A DNA stretch of 64,000 bases from Amoebidium appalachense (taxonomy: Eukaryota > Protista > Ichthyosporea): the NCBI GenBank assembly GCA_963693365.1, contig CAVNZM010000002.1, positions 13,549,615 to 13,613,614 of the forward strand. Direction: 5' to 3'. Positions 55,856 through 64,000 of this stretch are shown in pieces; the first letter of the stretch is position 1; every line of letters starts with the position of its first letter. Both the position numbers and the translations under genes were made by a program. The notes under the pieces are model-generated. The model worked only from the letters and a program-made list of their open reading frames with translations. It had not been told where the DNA came from and did not search any database.

Positions 55856-56939
55856 TTCAGGCTGACTCAGTGGAAAGTTACCAAAAGCTACCAAAATGGC
55901 ACCAGCCAAAACAAATCTCACACCCTGCACACTCGGAATTAGATCTACGTCGGAATGCAGCTTACGTCATCACTGACCATGGGCTGCGGTCGGAATTCAA
56001 AGGGGAAACGTACACAGTTTGTTTTTGGGGGTAATCCGAGAAAAACAAGGAAAATATATTAATTGAAACTGCCTGTAGTTCTTAGAGTGGCTATAAGGAG
56101 GAAAAAAGGCTCATTTCTCGCAATTCAAGCTCCGGTCGCGGACATGAGGCTGCGTACCTACAGAGACAGCCTCGGCACGCCCTCGTGAGTCTCATGACTC
56201 AGTGAGATACTGTCGGACCTTCGGATTCTTTGAGATTATCGTAAACTTTACTGAGGATCAAAAAACAGAATTCCTGCTTTTTTTTTAAACGAATCCACCA
56301 TGTGAAATATATTGAAAATTTATTTACTAGGAATGTCAGTTGTCTCAGGGTCACGCAGCCTGAAAGAAAAATACAAAAAAATTCCCACGCTGTTCGACAC
56401 ACAAATTGCACACCCTGTGACATCTTGCAAGACTTGCATACCAAGCATGCTTGAGATTGGGTCAGGATCGCATTCTACTCCCGCTAAACCCCTGTCTCGA
56501 AAGGAAAGTTTTTTTTCATTTTATAATGACTTTATTCAGCAAAATAGAAGCCGTCGAGATATCACCGATATCTCGGAGAAGAAAATATAAAAGCCCTCAC
56601 GCTCGGATACGGAGGAGATAACGACTTAAAGGAAAGTTTGCGCCGGCTTGCTAGTATGAATCGATTTGGCCCCCCTGCTCGTATTATTGGTGATTCTACT
56701 GGAGACCCTCTCATAGACTCTGATAAGTATTTTTCGGAACAAAGGATAGAACCCCCGCTCAGAAGCCCATTGTGTGGCCTGTAGACCCATCTATCCCCAT
56801 AGAATCTATCCTCCCCTTTTTCAGTCCCGATACCGTATGGTCTGTGATATCTACATAGTTATAGCTCAAGTAAGTCGTGTGGGCCTGATGGACTTCCTGG
56901 TGGGTTTCTTAAAATCCTTACATGTTCCCCCCTACCCAC

Positions 56940-57100
56940 AAAAGGAAAGTGATCGTGCTATTAAACCTGATCTTACTATTATGTTAAGCTCTCTCTTTTC
57001 TTGGTGTGTTAAATGTGGACATGTCCCATCATCTTTGTTAGATACCTTAGTGATCCCCATAGTTAAGAAGGACTCTGAGGATAGTGTTACATTAGATACC
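56940..57100 (+). mobile_element. Non-LTR retrotransposon (LINE) reverse transcriptase fragment
   Basis: LSSLFSWCVKCGHVPSSLLDTLVIPIVKK matches the LxxLFxxC..GxVP....VIPIxKK motif that precedes the RT core; no flanking RT sequence. Confidence 0.65.
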
Positions 57101-57987
57101 CTGACTTGTGCCATTGCCGCGCCGATGTGTCATCGCGTGTCTGTGCGTGACAGTGGTGTACACAGTAGATTTGCTGATGGGGAGCCAAATCCGATAATTC
57201 GAAATTTGATCATCTCAGAATCTCAGAAGTTGTTATGACCACCGCTAAAAATTCTATGTCTTTAACCAAAACGCTTTGAAAGCGCTTTAGAGTCAAATAT
57301 TATATGTAGGCTCTTGTTGGAGCTGAGCACTAGCTGTACGCTTGCATTAGGCAACAAGGAGTGGTATTTAATGGCTTTAATCATTGTTCCGATATTTCCA
57401 AATTTTCCGGAAAAAAGATATTTCAAAAACAAACATTTTTTCGGTTAAGCCCCCCATTCCTAGCGTTCCGACGATCTACAGAAGAGTCATTCGACGGCCG
57501 CCTTTTTACGTGTAGTTTCCCTGCTCGTCCGACCGTGCATGCCGCTCGTTCTCAGTGATATGTATGACATACTTAGAGTAGGCTACTACACACAAAACTG
57601 TAAAGCCACATACCAAGTGAATTATAAAACATGCATACTGTATAACCTTTCTGCTGCTGTTAGAGCACCCTTGTAAAATATGATTCTACCGCAATAACAT
57701 GCATATGCTTCACATAGCCAACTTGCCAAGTCATGATGCAAAGAATGCATATATATGTGGGCGATGGTGGAGTGTATAGGTGCTGTGTAAGAGCAATAAT
57801 CACCATCAACAGTAGGTTTCAAAAAATTGGAAAAAGGAGCAATGTGCCACTGTCTCTAGTAATCATGTAACTACATGTACATCCATTTTGAATCACTAGA
57901 ATCAAACGGACAAGTGTCAGAAAATCGGTGGCATCGTCTTCGGTTCAAGTTCCCAGTGCAGGTGGATGTTTGGAACTTGTCACGAAA

Positions 57988-59436
57988 ATGGCAGCTCATT
58001 TTGCTTTCTGCAACAACACAAGAGCTTCTAGTAATATATTGAAATCTCTAAACTTAAGTTCCTGTTCATTCACTCTTATTTACATTTTATCCCTTTTCAA
58101 TCTGGCAGCTTGTGTGAATGCAGCAAGTGTAATCGTTACACCCGGAACCAACAAGATCACACAGGCAGCCGTGTTGGCTTCTACAGGCGACGAGCTCATC
58201 CTCCAAACAGGAACATACATCGAAACAAGCACAATAACAACGTCAAAAGTTCTGAAAATCATAGGGAAGACCGACAACACAAGTGTAATTCAATTCAACT
58301 CCAACATCGTTCCTTCGCTGTTTCAGTTCAATGGTGGTTCGCAATGGAACAGTTCGGTTTCCAATCTTGTACTTAAAGACACCGCAACAAGTAAAGTGTG
58401 CTATGTTAAAGAACCAAAGGCATTGAACACATCCGCACCAATGGATGTCTACAACGCCACTATAAGTGGTGGTATGGTTCATATTGCTACAGGTAACCCC
58501 CCTACTCTCCCTCCCCACCCTTCCCCCTCTCCCCCCCCCCCCCCTCCCCCCCGCACCCTCCCCCCCCCCCCTCCCCCCTCCCCACTCCCCCTCCCCCTTC
58601 CCCTGGATATCATCCCGTGCCTGTTTTCTCCCATCACACACAGTAATAAGTAGATGTGGTGTCGCTCCCTTACGCAAGGCCCAATGCAATGCAATGATGC
58701 CACCAATCTGCTGTTCTGGCAACACATGCATCCCAAACAACATGGCAAAGCATGGCATACCCAGCGAGCCTCTGTTGAAAGCCCCCACCCCTTCACCTAT
58801 CCAGACTTTTCTCTCTTTCTACCCGCCACCACAAAAGACTCCTTTGTCTTACACTCAAACCTGCATCTACTCATCATCCCCATCCCAGATCTTGGTGTGT
58901 GGATGAACACACGCGCTGTGCAGGACGTCACTCTGGGCACATGCGTCTACCGCACCGTCGGCAGCTATCTGCAGGGGGCGGTATTTTCCCTTCACAGTGC
59001 CACGTGCCACGGCCGGCTGGCCTTCCGCGTGGCCTTCGACCGCCTGCGCTCGTGCGGGGCTGAGGTCGACAGAACCAATCCCCAGTTTGTTGCTTACAAA
59101 ATCACCTTGGGGGCAAAGTGGGAGGAGACGGTTACTTACCGTTCACAGGGAAAGGTGTGTGATGCGACGTGTTTTGGTGTGTGTGTGTTTTTTTTTTTTT
59201 TTTTTTTTTGGAGGGGGGGGGGGGGGGGGGGGAGAAGTGGAGGGGGGGGGGGAGGGGGAGGAGGAGAGGTTTGTGGGGACGGTGGGGAGGGGAGGGGGGG
59301 GAGGGGGGAGGTGTTGTTGGGGAGGAGAAGAGGGGGGTTAGGAATAAGAAAACAGTGGCAGGTTGTGGTGTTGGGAGGGAGGAAGGAGGGTAGTTGGTGG
59401 AACTAGAATATTCTGGGAGTGGGTGGGTGGGTGGGT

Positions 59437-59502
<66 letters not shown>

Positions 59503-61311
59503 CTGAATATCTACCACTCAGTCTAGAACCCACGGAGGGTCTCTGAAGTCAATGTGAAGAAATGTCAGACGTTTAAGTTTGTTCAAACAAATTGAACTGT
59601 TTGTCTCAAAAAAAGATATTATATTCATACCCTCTCCTCTGTCTCATTACTGCACCCACTTCCGGATTTCTTCTTCGTTTTTCGTTTTTTGTTCCCTTTC
59701 TTCATCGTTCCCCCTAAGTTTCTTGACCAGTGTAAGATAAGCTTTTCAAACTAATTTGGCATAAACCTTGTTTCAAGTACTTGATCGCTTACATGATCAC
59801 TTTTTTCCTTTTCCCCGGTATTTTTGCTATTCATCAGTAGATTTTCCTAACCATCCTCGTCCTCCCCCCTCCCCCAACCCCCCCCCCCCCTCACACACAC
59901 ACACACCCTCCGCCCTCCCCCCCCCCCCTCCCTCCTTCCCTCTCCTCCTTTCTTTCAACCCCAACCACCCACCTCCTTTCTTTCAACCCCAACCACCCAC
60001 CTCCTTTCTTTCAACCCCAACCACCCACCTCCTTTCTTTTAACCCCAACCACCCACCTCCTTTCTTTCAACCCCAACCACCCACCTCCTTTCTTTCAACC
60101 CCAACCACCCACCTCCTTTCTTTCAACCCCAACCACCCACCTCCTTTCTTTCAACCCCAACCACCCACCTCCTTTCTTTCAACCCCAACCACCCACCACC
60201 ACCATCACCACCATCTCTTTTTCCACAGCCTCTAGCCCACCCAGTCCGTCGTCAAGTCACGGCGGCCACGATCATGCGTGTGCAGCTAGACCGTGTGGGG
60301 CAGGTCAATGCCACCATAGCCGTGGTCCACGCCACCCCGTACCAGATCCAGGCTGTAATCACCGCTTTAAACCGCCTCGACGATAACACAACAGACATAG
60401 ACGTTTCTTTAATCATGCCTTTCCCATTCTCTCTTCCCGTCCCGTCTACCGGAAACGTTACAGGGGTCGACACTTTGGAGCCGTTGGGCGGAATTACAAA
60501 TTGGACAACGAACGGTCCCGCATGCGACGGGACAAAAATCGGCGGAGCGTGCGCGCAGGGGTTAAGGTTTAACGTAAGAGGGTGTCAGATAACGGGGTTA
60601 TACAAGTTACTGGATATATGGTCTAAGTGTCAGATTCACGATTCAACGGGTGCGATCTTGAGATCCGATTACTGCCCGCCACTACCGGACAATGGGATCG
60701 GGGTGGCGATTCATCTTGACGCGGAAGATTTCTGTCTTGCTTCCAGCGACAGTATTGGTCTGTTTCAGGCTACCGTCAGCTTGTGGTTAGACTCCCCCTC
60801 CCTCCCCCTCCCCCCCCCTGGGGCCTCCCCCCCCCCCCCCCCCCCCACACACACCTCGATCCCTCCTCCCAAATGTCATGATTGTATAACTAATGCTCCA
60901 ATCCCCTCCCCCCCCCCTCCCCCCTATAAAAAGAGAAAAAGAAAAAAAAAGAAAAAAAAAAAAAGAAAGAAAGGAAAAGAAAAGAAAAGGGAGGGCAAAA
61001 AATAGGAAAAAAAAAAAAAGAGGGGGAAAAAAAGGGGGGGGGGGGGGGACCCCTTCTGGGAAAAAAATGGACATATCGCCTGTGCACGTCCCTCTCACAC
61101 TTGAAAGATTGCACAAGTTTGCACGAATGAGCAATGTGGATCCCTTAACCCGAATGAGTGCATGTTTGTGTACAGCGTCATTACGTAGCTAGAAAGGGAG
61201 AAAGAGGAGGGGCTGGGCTATTTATCTGAGCCCCCCCATTCCCCTCCCTCGAGGGAATGGGACTATATATACCTGACCCCCCCCCCCCCCCCCTCATCCT
61301 CCTCCCTCCCC

Positions 61312-61342
<31 letters not shown>

Positions 61343-62385
61343 AAAAAAAAAAAAAGGAAAAAGAAAAGAACAAAAGAATTTAATAAAGTTGCATAATTCA
61401 TAGGGAGGACGACACATACACAAAGAAGCGCACAAGCACCGAGTTCAAACTTGGGCAGCCCATGTATGCGTCTGTCGACATCAAACCAGGAGACAGCGGT
61501 ATTCAAGTACAGAACGGCCAGATCGTAGACTTCACTAGGTAAGCGAATCGTCCCCCTCCCCCCCTCCCCCCTCTCCCCCCCCCCCCCCCCCCCCCCCCGT
61601 CGAAACCCATGCTTTTGTGGAGGCGTAGGAACCCCCCTGATGATGGGCTCTGTTCAAGTGTCTTCTGCCTGTACGCTTAATAGTTTTAATTTGATTTCCC
61701 ACGTTTGTGACGTTTTGTTGTTACTCTTTGTTGTCTCCTCCATATTTCCAACCCTCTAACGCATACATCACCCCCCCCCCCCCCCCTCCCCCCCTCCCCG
61801 CGCACCCACTCACCCACTCCCACCTCTCACACCCCTCTTCAAGCCCCCCCCCCCCCCCCCCCCCCCCCTTTCTCGGTACTTATCATGCATTTTCATTGTG
61901 TGTGCTTTCTTTTGCAAATTGTGCTTTGTGTTGTCTCCCCCCTCCCTCCCTCCCCACCTCCCCTTCCCCCCAACCCATCCACCCACCGACCCACCCACCC
62001 TCTCCTCCCCCCGCCAACAACAACAACAGCCACAACAACACAAAGAAATAATGACAATGTAATCATGATGACGACGATGATGATAATAGTTATAAGACAA
62101 GAGCAATAATAACAATGATGGTAGTAGTAACATTAAAAGATAACGCCAACTTAAAAAAAATCCAATACCAATATTAAAAATCTAACACCATCTTTTTACA
62201 AAATTGTAGGAGTGATGCGGACAATGTAACAGGGAGCAGCAACGACACCAACTGCCCGACCATCAGCACCAGTGGGAGTAATCTTACGCAGGGATTCCAG
62301 ACCGGCACAGACAGCACGGCCATGGTGACCACAGCTATAGGTCTGACCACAGAGCTGGCATGTGCTGCACCCGCTGCAAGACGTA

Positions 62386-62437
<52 letters not shown>

Positions 62438-62750
62438 AAAAAAAAAAAAAAAGAAGAAGAGAAAAGAAAAGAAAGAAAAAGAAAAGAAAAGAAAAGAAGG
62501 AAAAGTCCAATTGCCCCGCCTTTAACCTCAAAGTAGGCACGACTCCCACCCCCAACCCCATCCTCCCCCCTCCTTCCCTCCCCCTGCCCCCCCCCCCCCC
62601 CCCTTCGTTCCCCCCCCCCCCCTCCCCCCCCCCCCCAAAAAAAAAAAATGAAACAAATGAAAAAAGCCCCACAAAAAACAAAAACCGACTCTCCTTTGGC
62701 CTCTAATGCATGTACGACTCATACCTCCTCCCTCCCCCTCCCTCCCCCCC

Positions 62751-62781
<31 letters not shown>

Positions 62782-63391
62782 AAAAAAAAAGAAAGAAAGA
62801 AAGAAAGAAAAGAAAAAATATAACAAAGAAAAAGAAGAAGAAAGAATGAAAAACACCAACCCATACACACCCTCTCAAGAAGAAATTTGAAGTTTAAGGG
62901 ATAGGGCATAGTTGTGTAGGGCAGGGAGGGGAAAAAAGGGGAGTGGGGGGGGGGGGGGAGGGGGGGGAGAGGGGGGGATTCAACATAAACAAAGGAAGAG
63001 TGGATAAGGAATGGCGTAGAAAGAGCCCGGCTTTTCTCTTTCCATCTCACTGCACATGCCCACAGCATTACATAGAAAACATGCAGAGTGTAGGGAAAGT
63101 TACCAGGGCATGAATTACCAAACCCCACTCCATTTAAGCTCACCCATCTCCCCCACCCACCCACCCACACAGACCAATCCAACACCGCCACCGTCTACAC
63201 TGAAAAAGACGAGCAGGGCTATTTCCAGACCATCACCCTCGGGGGCCTGAACACATTCTCAGCCATTATCAACCAGACAAGAGCGGTGGGGGTGTGCGTT
63301 GCTACAGCCGAAATTTTCACCGGACCAAACTACTCCGGCTCATCGTACATTCTGAGCTCCCCTCAAGCATGTGACCTGTATAACCTGGATG
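57988..63391 (+). CDS. Secreted/surface mosaic protein, 5' part (continues past window): beta-helix cap, ZP-N-like, Cys-rich, ZP-C-like, beta/gamma-crystallin-like
   Basis: Phase-consistent GT-AG exons 57988-58492, 58889-59154, 60229-60785, 61404-61538, 62210-62382, 63173-63391; hydrophobic FTLIYILSLFNLAACVNA near the N-terminus; no stop reached. Confidence 0.8.
59943..60194 (+). repeat. 28-bp minisatellite, 9 copies, intronic
   Basis: Unit ACCTCCTTTCTTTCAACCCCAACCACCC. Confidence 0.95.
61619..61771 (-). repeat. Dispersed intronic element of about 155 bp, copy 2
   Basis: Reverse complement of 7055-7210 with scattered substitutions and indels. Confidence 0.85.
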
Positions 63392-63417
63392 GTGTGTTTG
63401 TAACCTTTTGCCCCTCC

Positions 63418-63448
<31 letters not shown>

Positions 63449-63806
63449 ACACACATACACACACCCTCTTCCCTCTCCCCCCCCCCCCCCCCCCCTCTTC
63501 CCCTCGGCGGCTTCCATCCACCGACTCCTCCGAACCCGTCTCCTGTTCTCTCTCTCTCTCCCCCTCTCTCCCTCTCTCCTTCTCTCTCTCTCCCTCCCTC
63601 CCCCTCCCCCCCCCCCCCCCCCCCCTCTTTCTCTCCCTCCTTCCCCCCTCTCTCTCACTCCCCCTCCCTCCCTCTCCCTCTCTCTCTCCCCCCCCCCTCC
63701 CTCTCCCTCTCCCTCTCCCTCTCTCTCTCCCCCTCCCTCCCTCCCTCTCCCTCTCTCCCTCTCTCTCCCTCTCTCCCTCTCCCTCCCTCTCTCACTCTCT
63801 CTCTCA

Positions 63807-63837
<31 letters not shown>

Positions 63838-64000
63838 CCCCCCCCTCCCCCCGACCTGCTGCCTTCATGGCTTTTGCCGTCCTTCTTCCATTCTTCTTTA
63901 TAAGTAACTACTATATTCTCCCCCCCTTCACCCCCCCCCCCCCCCCCCCACCCCACCCCCCCTTCTCTGTCTCCTTTCTCCCCCCTCTCCCCCACTTCCT

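Noticed and set aside
55995-57525. Possible Kolobok-like ends (AAAGGGGAAACGTACAC ... GTGTAGTTTCCC)
   Set aside because: The match is imperfect and there is no TTAA duplication.

Overview
Eukaryotic genomic DNA with spliceosomal GT-AG introns packed with (CA)n/(GT)n, (GA)n and poly-C/poly-G tracts; most ORF-track entries are just translations of these repeats. The organism cannot be identified from the sequence; the domain content suggests a non-model protist, possibly a unicellular holozoan (inference). Bases 340-35139 (- strand) hold one gene of about 41 exons encoding a roughly 4,100-4,200 aa surface protein. Its order is: signal peptide, about 21 bacterial-type SdrD-B/CnaB-like beta-sandwich repeats with Thr/Pro-rich and acidic GGFG linkers, an extensin-like Pro-rich stalk, about 17 EGF/cbEGF domains, SEA-like and TNFR-Cys-like modules, and a GPI-type tail. 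Two homopolymer frameshifts and one non-AG acceptor in it are probably assembly errors. Next come a weakly supported head-to-head gene (+, about 36.7-43.9 kb), an intronless bZIP-like ORF lacking the invariant Asn (47489-48778), two copies of a foldback MITE with palindromic sub-repeats, and a LINE RT fragment. The window ends in the 5' part of a second secreted mosaic gene (+, from 57988) with beta-helix-cap, ZP-N-like, ZP-C-like and beta/gamma-crystallin-like segments. All gene models and domain calls were made by eye, without database searches.
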